Part shown: in pieces, positions 26,489-35,340 of the stretch
Layout: every line of letters begins with the position of its first letter
Numbering within the stretch: the stretch's first letter is position 1
Origin: Phycisphaerae bacterium
Lineage (GTDB): Bacteria; Planctomycetota; Phycisphaerae; UBA1845; Fen-1342
Assembly: GCA_050115495.1 (NCBI GenBank)
Contig: JASFQK010000004.1
Span: 64,001-128,000, forward strand
Length of the DNA: 64,000 nucleotides
Direction of reading: 5' to 3'
Position numbers and translations under genes: made by a program
Notes under the pieces: model-generated
The model's input: only the letters and a program-made list of their open reading frames with translations
What the model was told of the DNA's origin: nothing
Database searches by the model: none

Positions 26489-28497
26489 ACAAGTGCAGGT
26501 CAGCGCGACGCCGAGTGGCCGGGGGGCTGGTCGTGGTCGCGCTCGTCGTGCTGGCCACGGTTGCGGGGTTGACGGGTGCGGGTTGCGCCGGCGGCGAGCG
26601 CCACGGGCCGTCGGCGTGGCCCGCCTACCCACCTGCTCCGCAGATCCCCCGTGTGCTCGCCCGCGGCACGCTCCGCGGGGCGCCGCCGCCGTCGTCCTCT
26701 TCTGTCGAGCTCTCCATGTTCCTCTTCGGGGCGGAGCCGCCGGCCAAGCTGGTGCTGCTGAACCCGACGGGGCTGGCCGCCCGTGGCGGCGAGTCGCTCA
26801 TCTGTGACAGTGCCGTCGGCGAGTTGCTCTGCTGGAACGCCGACACCGCCCAGTTGCACGGCGTGGCCGCCGATCCGCCGCTCGACCGTCCCTTCGCCGT
26901 CGGTCTCACCAACGATGGCGGGACGCTCATCTGCGACCGGTCGGGCGTTCGCCGGAACGACGCGGCCGGGCGGCTTCAGTGCCGGTACACGCTGGCCGAT
27001 GAGCCGTTCAAGCCGGCGGGCGCGCTGGCCGTCGGCGAAGAGGTCTGGGTGACGAACCTCGCCCAGCATCGCGTCGAGGTTTTCGCCGCCGATACCGGGG
27101 CCCATCTCCGCTCCATCGGGCGGCACGGCAGCGGGCCGGGCGAGTTCGCCCTGCCGCGCAGCCTGGCCCGCACGCCCGACGGCAACGTCTGCATCGTTGA
27201 CGTGCTGAACAACCGCGTGCAGATGCTCGCCCCCGACGGAACGTGGCTCCGCGACATCGGACAGCCGGGGGACAACGTGGGTTCGTTCGGGCGGCCGAAG
27301 GACGTCGCCGTCGGCCCCGACGGCACTATCTTCGTGACCGACGCTTTCTCGCAGCGCGTGCATGCCTTCGCTGCCGACGGCACCGTGCTGCTGGCGTTTG
27401 GCGAGCCCGACTCGGGCCCGAACGCTCTCGTGCTGCCCAGCGGCATCGCCGTCTCCACCGTCCCGCCCGAGCACTACACGCCGCTCCCCCCCGGCGAAGA
27501 TGTGTCGTATTACGTGCTCGTCGCCGAGCAACTGCACGATCCCGGCGTGCGCGTGTACGCCTGGCTCGACGCGGCGGGGCGGGCGGAGGACGCGCCGCTT
27601 TCCTCCGGCATCGCTACGCACTGGCAGCCGCAGTTTCCCCAGTCGGCGGCCATTAACCCGCACTGGCATCCCGACCGTTGCGACAAGTGCCACAAGCTGG
27701 AAGACGGCCGGCGTTTGCCCATTCCGCCGCAGGACGTCGATGCCGTCTGCGTCTCCTGCCACGACGGCGTGCAGGCTTTCGCCGATCCGCATCCCATCGG
27801 CCGCCCGGCCGTGACCGATCTCGTCACCACGCCCGATGACTGGCCGACCGTCGACGGCCGGATCGGCTGCCTGACCTGCCACGATATGGAGCGGCACTGT
27901 CGGCCCGACGCCCAGCGGCCGGACAGCAACGTCGTGCTCCTGCGGCACTTCGACCCGCAGCGGGCCCTCGCCTACTGCGAGACCTGTCACCGCACCGAGC
28001 TCGGCTATCGCTTCAGCCCGCATCGGCAGCGCGACGCCCAGGGCAAGATCCGCGAGGATGCCTGTCTCTTCTGCCACACGCAGACGCCGGAAGTCCCCGC
28101 CGACGGCCGCCGCCGATTTGAGCCGCACCTGCGTGTGGAAAGCTCGGCGTTGTGTCTGAATTGCCACAGCAAGCACTGGGACCTGTCGCCGCTCGGGCAC
28201 GTCGATCGCCCGGTGACGCCGCACATCCGCGAGTGGATGCTGAAACGCGAACTGAGCCTCGACACGCAGATCACGCCGGCGGAGCTGGCCAGGATGGCCG
28301 CCGACCCCAAGCGGCACCCGGCGCGTCTGCCGCTCGGCGAGAACATGGTGACCTGCTACACCTGCCACAACCCGCACTACAACGGCCTGTTCCCGCCGGA
28401 CAGCGAGGTCGGCGCCCTCGCCAGCAACCCGCAGGATCGCCGCAGCGCCCTGCGCACGGACTGGATCGACCTGTGCTCCGAATGTCACGAACGGTAG
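26473..28497 (+). CDS. NHL beta-propeller / octaheme cytochrome c fusion lipoprotein
   Basis: GAGC lipobox-like; NHL repeats, then CDKCH, CVSCH, CLTCH, CETCH, CLFCH, CLNCH, CYTCH, CSECH. Confidence 0.88.
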   Translation: MSRSLDKCRSARRRVAGGLVVVALVVLATVAGLTGAGCAGGERHGPSAWPAYPPAPQIPRVLARGTLRGAPPPSSSSVELSMFLFGAEPPAKLVLLNPTGLAARGGESLICDSAVGELLCWNADTAQLHGVAADPPLDRPFAVGLTNDGGTLICDRSGVRRNDAAGRLQCRYTLADEPFKPAGALAVGEEVWVTNLAQHRVEVFAADTGAHLRSIGRHGSGPGEFALPRSLARTPDGNVCIVDVLNNRVQMLAPDGTWLRDIGQPGDNVGSFGRPKDVAVGPDGTIFVTDAFSQRVHAFAADGTVLLAFGEPDSGPNALVLPSGIAVSTVPPEHYTPLPPGEDVSYYVLVAEQLHDPGVRVYAWLDAAGRAEDAPLSSGIATHWQPQFPQSAAINPHWHPDRCDKCHKLEDGRRLPIPPQDVDAVCVSCHDGVQAFADPHPIGRPAVTDLVTTPDDWPTVDGRIGCLTCHDMERHCRPDAQRPDSNVVLLRHFDPQRALAYCETCHRTELGYRFSPHRQRDAQGKIREDACLFCHTQTPEVPADGRRRFEPHLRVESSALCLNCHSKHWDLSPLGHVDRPVTPHIREWMLKRELSLDTQITPAELARMAADPKRHPARLPLGENMVTCYTCHNPHYNGLFPPDSEVGALASNPQDRRSALRTDWIDLCSECHER

Positions 28498-28539
28498 CAA
28501 CGCCGCGGGGTCGGGCCGGCCCCGGCGACGCGAGGACGG

Positions 28540-29853
28540 ATGATGCCACAGAATTGCGCCCGTAAGTCATACGTCTGGCGGCTGCTGGCGGTCGGTGTCG
28601 CCGCCGTGTCGCTCGGACTCATCCTCGTCGGCGGGTGCCCGGTGACGTCCGGCGATAGCTCTACGGACGGCGGGTTCGAGTTCAAAAACGACGCCGACCC
28701 CACCAACGGCGGGGCGAGCTACATCGGTTCGGTGGCGTGCGGCGCCTGCCACACCACCATCGCCGCCACGATGCAGAAACACGCCCACGCCCACGCCCTC
28801 ACGCCAATCCTCGGCCAGGCCCCGACCTTCCCCGCCGAAGCCACCCGCGCCGGCGTGCCCAACCCGCCGACCGGCCTTGCCTGGACCGACGTCAGCTACG
28901 TCATCTCTGGCTATCTGCATGGGGCGTTCTTCGTCGATGCGGACGGGTACGTTCTGACCGACGGGGTGGCCGGCGTGAACACGGGGTGGCAGTTGGCTTT
29001 CCCCGCCAACGGCACCGCCGCAGGCTTTGCCGCATACCTGCCCGCTCAGGTTGCGCCCAAGCCGTACGAGTACGAGACCTGTTTCCGCTGCCACACGACC
29101 GGCCCGCAGCCGCAGGACGCCGATCACCCCGAATCACAGGACGGCCGCCCCGGCATTCACGGCACCTGGGCCGAAGTCGGTGTGCAGTGCGAAGTCTGCC
29201 ACGGTCCGGGCAGCTTCCATGCCCCGCAGCCGGCCGAACGCGATATCTATGTTGATTCCGCCGCCACCGTCTGCGGCACGTGTCATACGGAGGGCGATGA
29301 TCCGGACGTGATCGTCTCCGCCGCCGGCTTCATGAGCGGCACCACGCAGTATCCGCAGTTGTTGGCCAGCGGCGGCCACAGCGATTTCGCCTGTGTCACC
29401 TGCCACGACCCGCACGCGTCGATCACGTACGACCGCACGAACGGTCTGCGTAACGACTGCACCGCCTGCCACACCGACGTGAACATGGCCTTCCACGACG
29501 GGGCCGTCTTCACCTTCGGCGACTACACCGAGACGGTGAACTGCCAGAGCTGCCACATGCCGCTGGCCGGCCTGAGCGTGAGTTCCGCCCCGGCGTCGCT
29601 CGTCGGCGACCTCGCCCGCATCGGCGACGTCCGCGCCCACATCTTCCGCATCGACACGCAGCACCCCGGCTACTCGGCGATGTTCACCGCTGATGGCACC
29701 GCGGTGCAGAAGGACGCCGCCGGCCGCGCCGCCGTCACGGTCGATTTCGTGTGCCTACGCTGCCATCACGGCGAGGGCAACGTCTTCCCCCTGACACTCG
29801 ACGGCGCCGTGACCATTGCCCGCCAGATCCACGCCCACGCCGAAGAAGAATAG
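28540..29853 (+). CDS. Octaheme cytochrome c lipoprotein (c554-like motifs)
   Basis: LVGGC; YIGSVACGACH, CFRCHTTG, GVQCEVCHGPGS; 8 CXXCH in total. Confidence 0.9.
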   Translation: MMPQNCARKSYVWRLLAVGVAAVSLGLILVGGCPVTSGDSSTDGGFEFKNDADPTNGGASYIGSVACGACHTTIAATMQKHAHAHALTPILGQAPTFPAEATRAGVPNPPTGLAWTDVSYVISGYLHGAFFVDADGYVLTDGVAGVNTGWQLAFPANGTAAGFAAYLPAQVAPKPYEYETCFRCHTTGPQPQDADHPESQDGRPGIHGTWAEVGVQCEVCHGPGSFHAPQPAERDIYVDSAATVCGTCHTEGDDPDVIVSAAGFMSGTTQYPQLLASGGHSDFACVTCHDPHASITYDRTNGLRNDCTACHTDVNMAFHDGAVFTFGDYTETVNCQSCHMPLAGLSVSSAPASLVGDLARIGDVRAHIFRIDTQHPGYSAMFTADGTAVQKDAAGRAAVTVDFVCLRCHHGEGNVFPLTLDGAVTIARQIHAHAEEE

Positions 29854-29912
29854 CAACCCACCCCGCACCGAAGCCGCGGACCAGCAAGCCGCGGCAGGGG
29901 GGCGCAATAGAG

Positions 29913-29949
29913 AAGGCCGGCCCGGACAGCTTGTGCCCGGACCGGCCTT
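29913..29949. terminator. Hairpin between convergent cytochrome genes
   Basis: AAGGCCGG...CCGGCCTT inverted repeat. Confidence 0.45.
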
Positions 29950-29975
29950 GTCGTTGAGCGGCAGCTCGTATTTCG

Positions 29976-31541
29976 TCAGCGAGCCAGCGGGTCGGTCAGC
30001 CCGACTTCCGTCCAGAACGCCGCCACGCCGTGGCAGTCGCTGCAGTCCAGGGCCATACTGGCCGGGGCCACCTCGTGGTTGATCGTGAGGTAGCTGACCG
30101 TGTGGGCGAAGCCATAGCTGCCGCTGTACGGCTGGCCCGTATAGGCCGCGCCGTCGGTGATGGCCAGGCCCCAGTCGTACTTGCTCCAGTACGGGTTCGC
30201 CCCGCCGAGCGTGCCGAACAGGTGCGGCACCATGATCCGCTTGTTCGTCAGGTCCGCCGGCTGCGCGCCGAGCATCTTCTTGAACGGATAGATCTTCGCG
30301 CCCGACGTGGCGCTCGTGGCCGTCGGCGCGGCGACGATTACGGGATCGGCCTCGGTGCCGGCGGCCGCATACGTGTCGGTCTCGTTGATGACCATGCGGC
30401 TCCAGTTGCCGTCGTACCACAGGTAGCTCGGCTGCACGCCCTGCGCCCAGACGAACGTGCCCTTCATCTTGTCATACAGCGGCCGGCCGTACTGGTCCGT
30501 GGTGACCGTGCGGGTGGCGTCGCCCGCCTCGCTCCAGTCCCACTCAACCTTCGTCGGCATGCTGCGGGCGAACGTCGGGATGTGGCAGGTCTGGCAGGCC
30601 ACGCGGTCCAGGTGCAGGTTGAGCAGGAAGGACACCGCCGAATTCGCCGCGTGCACGTTCGTCGCACCGTGGCAGCGCGTGCAATCGGGCGAGGCGGCGC
30701 CCTCGTCGACCGAGTGCAGCGGCATGCCGGCGATGCCGTGATGGCTTTCCGTGTGGCACGTCTGGCAGGAGAAGTCGTGACCACCCATGTGCACGTCCAT
30801 CTCCTCCGTCGGCTCGACCAGATCCGACGACAGGTCGCCGTGCTTCACATTGTCGCCACCGCCGGCGTAGAAGTGGCAGAAGCCGCAGTTGGCCCGCGTG
30901 GGCGTCCCGACGTTGTAGGCCACGTCCTGAAGCTCCGCCGCCGTCACCACGGTTAGCGTACCGTCGATGTTGAGGGCCGGCGGACCGCCACCGCCGTTGG
31001 CCGACGGGTGCTTCTTGTAGGTGCCGGTCGTGTCATGGCAGATGAGGCAGTCGACACTGTCCGTGTCGGTGAAATCGAACGTGTTGTCCTTCCAGCCGAA
31101 GCTCGGGTGACACTGCGTGCAGCGACCCTCGTTCGACGGGATGGCGATGCAGAAGCTGTTGATGAGGTTCTGCTTGCCGACGTCCTGGCCGGTCAGACCC
31201 TGCACGCGCGTCGTCGTGCCCACCCACGTCCAGTGGCCGGTGTCCACGAAGTCGCGGGCCACGTCCGAGTGGCAGATCATGCAGTTGTCCAGCGACGTGA
31301 ACCCCGTGGTGATGATCTCCGTGAAGATCTTCCCGTGCAGGGACAGCTCGGTCGTCGTGCCGTCACCGTCAGTCGTACCGTCACCATCGGTGGTGCCGTC
31401 ACCATCGGTCGTGCCATCGCCGTCGGTCGTGCCGTCACCGTCCGTCGGCGGCAGGAACGACGTGAGACAGCCGCCCATCGAGAAAGCCAGAAGAAGGCTC
31501 AAACCGCAGACGGTCAGCCAATGCAGAGGGCGTCTTACCAT
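29976..31541 (-). CDS. Octaheme tetrathionate reductase (OTR)-family cytochrome c, lipoprotein
   Basis: MGGC lipobox; CMICH..HWTW...GKQNLINSFCI..SNEGRCTQCH...CLICHDTTGTYKK...CGFCHFYAGGGDNVKHGDL...DVHMG...KIYPFK...INHEVAP; 8 CXXCH. Confidence 0.9.
   Translation of the reverse strand: MVRRPLHWLTVCGLSLLLAFSMGGCLTSFLPPTDGDGTTDGDGTTDGDGTTDGDGTTDGDGTTTELSLHGKIFTEIITTGFTSLDNCMICHSDVARDFVDTGHWTWVGTTTRVQGLTGQDVGKQNLINSFCIAIPSNEGRCTQCHPSFGWKDNTFDFTDTDSVDCLICHDTTGTYKKHPSANGGGGPPALNIDGTLTVVTAAELQDVAYNVGTPTRANCGFCHFYAGGGDNVKHGDLSSDLVEPTEEMDVHMGGHDFSCQTCHTESHHGIAGMPLHSVDEGAASPDCTRCHGATNVHAANSAVSFLLNLHLDRVACQTCHIPTFARSMPTKVEWDWSEAGDATRTVTTDQYGRPLYDKMKGTFVWAQGVQPSYLWYDGNWSRMVINETDTYAAAGTEADPVIVAAPTATSATSGAKIYPFKKMLGAQPADLTNKRIMVPHLFGTLGGANPYWSKYDWGLAITDGAAYTGQPYSGSYGFAHTVSYLTINHEVAPASMALDCSDCHGVAAFWTEVGLTDPLAR
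31356..31445 (-). repeat. Intragenic 18-bp tandem repeat encoding (TDGDGT)x5 linker
   Basis: Read directly; synonymous codon variation between units. Confidence 0.9.
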
Positions 31542-31715
31542 GTGGTGTTCCTCCTTCACTACAGCCGCGTGCCCGCGCAGCACCGCCCGGTTGTACTCGT
31601 GAATTGTCAAAGGCACCGCTTGTCGGCTGCGAAGCTCCGTGTCCGGGGCCGTCGGCCAGACAGCCTACGCTCGCCTGCACATGCCGCAGTATCGGCAGAC
31701 GCCGCAATCCGCACA

Positions 31716-31755
31716 ATCGCCCACAGAGGGGGGCGCACTCCCCCATTGGGGGAGT
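31716..31755. promoter_or_regulatory. Candidate tandem LuxR/NarL-type operator upstream of the otr-like gene
   Basis: ACTCCCCCATTGGGGGAGT palindrome (31737-31755) plus weaker copy ATCGCCCACAGAGGGGGG 21 bp away; similar to 34297-34336. Confidence 0.45.
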
Positions 31756-31826
31756 CATCGCCGGCGGAGTCCGAATGCCACGAAGACGTCCGGGGCAGAG
31801 CCCGGACGCTACACGGGCGCCCGGTC

Positions 31827-34154
31827 CTACGGGCTCGCGTGGCTCGTCTCCACCGAGAACGCCGCTCCGGAACCGTGGCATACGGCGCAGCTCTCGGAGA
31901 ATGTGCCCGCCAGCGTGTTCAATTGCACGTGCACGGCCGCTGCCGGCGAATCATGGCAAGACGTGCAGGCCACCATCCAGATGCCCACGTCGTCGCGTTC
32001 CTCGGGTGTATTCCACGCGTCTGTCGCATGGCAGGCCGCGCAGTACGCCGGACCGCCGGGCATGCTCGGCAGCCACCCGGTCGAGAAGTCCTGCAGGCGA
32101 TTGCCATGGCCTACCATGTCGTACGCCCCGCCCTCCTGTACGACGTACAGGTCGCGGGCCGCGTGGATCTTGTGGATCATCACCTTGAAGTCGATGGTGT
32201 CCGCCGCCGGATCCTGCGTTCCCGAACCGGGCGTCGGCAGGTCTTCGGCACCGGCGGTGTGGCACACGACGCAGTTCTCGACGCCGCGCCGCGTGTTGCC
32301 GTGGAAGCGCAGATCACCGTGGCAGTCGTTGCACTTCGCGTCGGTCACGAAGCCAGGATACGCCGCCGCCGTCCCCGCCGAGCCGACGCGGATCGCGTAC
32401 ACGCCCGGCATCGACGTGTCGCGGTACGTCGTCCCATCCAGCGTGAACTGGCGGTACGCGTAGACCATCACCGTGTAGCTGCCGGCGCCGAGCGCCCGCC
32501 CGCTCAGCTCGCCCCAACCGTCCGCGTACGTGAAGTCCGCCGAGTCATTGAGCGGAGCCGGATACGTCGCCGGAATGGCGTCCGGGCTCGTATACGTGAA
32601 CGGTCCCGTGCCCGTCGTCGGCACGCCCCCGGCGCCCTTCAGGCTCACCGTCGACGTGCTGCCGGCGGGGATGATCTTCTGGTAGTTCTCGACCGGGCCG
32701 GCGATGACCATGTTCACCGTGTAGTCGCTGATGTCGACCGCGGTGCCGCTCTGATCCAGGATCTGGAACGTAACCACCGGCGTGTCGCCGACCGCGAAGA
32801 AGCCCGACCCGCTGTTGCCCGTCACTGACTGGATGACCACCTGCGGGTCGACCGCCAGTGTCGGGTCGATGGCCGGCGGGACGTGCACGGCGGCAACGCC
32901 CCACGTCTGGTTGGCCCCGTGGCAGTACGTGCAGGACCCGTCCGGCGCCGCATGGGTGATGCCGCCCGGTTCCGTCCGGTACGCTGCATCAGAGAGCTGA
33001 TCCTTCGTCAGCGTGCCGTTGGCGACAGCGGCGTTGTCCGGATCGAGGATCGTGCCCGCAGTGAAGTCGATGTCGTCGTGGCAGGTCTGGCACTGCTTCC
33101 GCACCAGGTTGCTTTCCGAGTAGATCTCGGCTTCCTGCGTCGCCCCGCCGTGGCAGGCCTGGCAGTTGCGCATCTGCTCGTTGAAGCCGGTGCCGCCCGG
33201 CATGAACGGGAACGCGATCTCGGAGTAGTCGTGGACAGACTCACCGTAGCCGATGACCTCGTAGTGGTACGGGTCCGCCCCGTTGGCCGTGGCTGCGACC
33301 TCGCGCAGCTCTGCCCCGCGGTGCAGCCGGTGGATCAGCTCGGAGAACTCGATCGACACGCCCGTCGTCGCCTTCGCCGCGTCGCTCGAAGTACGGTCTT
33401 CGGAGCCGGCGGTGTGGCACAGCACGCAGCCGGTGACTTTGTAGCGGTTCTCGCCGTGTGCCGAGAGCTCCGCGTGGCACGCGTTGCAGTTCTCTTGCAG
33501 GACGAGCTGCCGCGGCGAGACCGTGGCTGCGCCGATGGCGAAGTCGGCCGTGACGTCGCCGGCCTTGCGGACGCTGGCCCCATCGACCGTGAACGTCCGC
33601 CGGGCCTCGATGCCCACCGTGTACGTTCCATCCATGAGCGCGTCGCCCGTCATCTCACCGTCCGCCGTGCCGAACGCCGCCGAATCGTAGTACGGAGCGG
33701 CGTAGACGCTGGGCATGCCGTCGGCGAACGTATACGTGTAGGAGCCGTCGTCGTTGACGGTGACGCTGTCCGCGTCGCCCTCGGGCTCAATGACACGCTG
33801 GTAGTTGCTCGCCGGCCCGGACACGTAGATGGAGAAGCGGTCGAGATCGTCGAAGTCGATCGTCTCGCCGTCGTCGTCTTCGAGCGTGAACGTCACGCTG
33901 AACGCGCCGCCGGGCGTCACGGCAGCGCCGCCGTTCACGGCGGTGACGGCGACGATGGTTTCCGGCGGCGTGGCGCCTGCGTCGAGACCGGCCGGACCCG
34001 TCGGACCCTGTTCACCCGCCGGGCCTTCCGGCCCTTCCGGGCCTTCCGGGCCTTGCGTCGCCAGGTCCAGCGGACAGCCGCCCAGCCCACATAGCACCAC
34101 CACGGCGAGTCCCAGGATCCCGAGGCTGCGCCATCCCGTCATTACGCGCGCCAT
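31827..34154 (-). CDS. OmcA/MtrC-family decaheme cytochrome c lipoprotein with collagen-like stalk
   Basis: LGGC lipobox, (GPE)n stalk, two heme-free beta domains each followed by 5 CXXCH (CNACH..HG..R...CVLCH; IDFKVMIHKIH; CTSCH...ESCAVCH). Confidence 0.88.
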   Translation of the reverse strand: MARVMTGWRSLGILGLAVVVLCGLGGCPLDLATQGPEGPEGPEGPAGEQGPTGPAGLDAGATPPETIVAVTAVNGGAAVTPGGAFSVTFTLEDDDGETIDFDDLDRFSIYVSGPASNYQRVIEPEGDADSVTVNDDGSYTYTFADGMPSVYAAPYYDSAAFGTADGEMTGDALMDGTYTVGIEARRTFTVDGASVRKAGDVTADFAIGAATVSPRQLVLQENCNACHAELSAHGENRYKVTGCVLCHTAGSEDRTSSDAAKATTGVSIEFSELIHRLHRGAELREVAATANGADPYHYEVIGYGESVHDYSEIAFPFMPGGTGFNEQMRNCQACHGGATQEAEIYSESNLVRKQCQTCHDDIDFTAGTILDPDNAAVANGTLTKDQLSDAAYRTEPGGITHAAPDGSCTYCHGANQTWGVAAVHVPPAIDPTLAVDPQVVIQSVTGNSGSGFFAVGDTPVVTFQILDQSGTAVDISDYTVNMVIAGPVENYQKIIPAGSTSTVSLKGAGGVPTTGTGPFTYTSPDAIPATYPAPLNDSADFTYADGWGELSGRALGAGSYTVMVYAYRQFTLDGTTYRDTSMPGVYAIRVGSAGTAAAYPGFVTDAKCNDCHGDLRFHGNTRRGVENCVVCHTAGAEDLPTPGSGTQDPAADTIDFKVMIHKIHAARDLYVVQEGGAYDMVGHGNRLQDFSTGWLPSMPGGPAYCAACHATDAWNTPEERDDVGIWMVACTSCHDSPAAAVHVQLNTLAGTFSESCAVCHGSGAAFSVETSHASP

Positions 34155-34296
34155 TGTTGATCTCCTCACCGGTTGTTGACTTGGCCCAGTGCGTGAATAC
34201 CAGAGATGCGTCACATCCTTCGGCTCGCGTTCATATTACCGCTTCGCCGCGCGCACGCAAGCAGAATGCTCTTCTGAACTGCATGTTTCGTCGCCC

Positions 34297-34336
34297 ATCC
34301 CCCATTGAGGTGAGTGCTATCCCCCCAACTGGTGTC
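34297..34336. promoter_or_regulatory. Candidate tandem LuxR/NarL-type operator upstream of the mtrC-like gene
   Basis: ATCCCCCATTGAGGTGAGT (34297-34315) and ATCCCCCCAACTGG 22 bp away. Confidence 0.45.
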
Positions 34337-34359
34337 GGAAACTCTCGCGCCGCGCGTCG

Positions 34360-35007
34360 TCAGGCCAGATGTCGTCGCACCGCCTGGCTCACCGCCGCCG
34401 CCCGCGACGTGACGCCCAGTTTGCGATAGACCTTCTTGAGATGCGAGCGAATGGTGGACGTGGCCACCCCCAGCGTTTCCGCCATCTCCTCATTCCGCTG
34501 CCCCGTTCCCAGCAGCCGCAGCACCCGCAGCTCCTGCGCCGTCAGGGCCGTCTCCGGCGGCGGCACCTCCGACCGGGCCGTCAGGTCCAACAGTCGCTGG
34601 GCCACCTCGTTCGTCAGCTCCACCCGGATGTTGCATTCGCTGGTGACGTCGCAGAAGAGCAGGGCCCGGCCGATCTCCCGCCCGTCGTCGTCCACGTACC
34701 GCGTGGCGTTCACCTTAAGCGACAGCCGCTCGGGCCATTGCACTGTCACATCGCCCATGACATTACCGTCGGCCTGCCCGGCTTCCTGCCAGAATGATGC
34801 CAGCCGCAGGTCTTTGAGCAGGGCCGGCAGCGGCTGGCCGCGACACGTCTCGCCCGGAGCTCCCAGCACCCGCTCTGCCGTCCGGTTCAGCCACACGACC
34901 TTCCCCGCCCCGTTCGTGAGAATCAGTCCCACACACAGGCCGGACAGCGCCTGCGTGACCAGGCAGTTCTCCAGGCACTCGCTCTGCAAGTCCTCCACTT
35001 GCCGCAT
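34360..35007 (-). CDS. PAS-domain LuxR-family transcriptional regulator
   Basis: N-terminal PAS (GKVVWLNRTAERVLG...GQPL); C-terminal LTAQELRVLRLLGTGQRNEEMAETLGVATSTIRSHLKKVYRKLGVTSR. Confidence 0.92.
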   Translation of the reverse strand: MRQVEDLQSECLENCLVTQALSGLCVGLILTNGAGKVVWLNRTAERVLGAPGETCRGQPLPALLKDLRLASFWQEAGQADGNVMGDVTVQWPERLSLKVNATRYVDDDGREIGRALLFCDVTSECNIRVELTNEVAQRLLDLTARSEVPPPETALTAQELRVLRLLGTGQRNEEMAETLGVATSTIRSHLKKVYRKLGVTSRAAAVSQAVRRHLA

Positions 35008-35273
35008 CAGCAGACTCCGCGGGCCATGTTGTCTATCCCGGGCCGCGGGCCCATCGCCCGGCCTGCCCCGGTCCAGAGGAATCGCCCCCCAACGTCACCG
35101 TCGCGGCCCAGACGCCGCCTCGCTCGATGTGTGGATACTCCCGACATGCACCACTCTCTCCCGTAGCATAGCGCTCGGCGGCCCCATGAGCAATACATTC
35201 CGGGCCCCTGGTGTCCGCCCCGGCTGGGCTCATCCGCCGGCGGCAAAGAATGCTCCTGTGCGGGCGACCGGGT

Positions 35274-35301
35274 TTGAATTGCTCGGCCTCGCCTGTAGAA
35301 T
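35274..35301 (+). promoter_or_regulatory. Putative sigma70 promoter for the cbcL-like operon
   Basis: TTGAAT-16 nt-TAGAAT, 40 nt upstream of ATG 35341. Confidence 0.45.
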
Positions 35302-35340
35302 GCCGTTCCCAACTCCGGCGAGCCAAGGGCCGTGTGGCAC

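Noticed and set aside
31356..31445. Tandem repeat as a possible CRISPR or contingency locus
   Set aside because: In-frame 18-bp coding repeat with synonymous variation and no spacers; no cas genes in the window.
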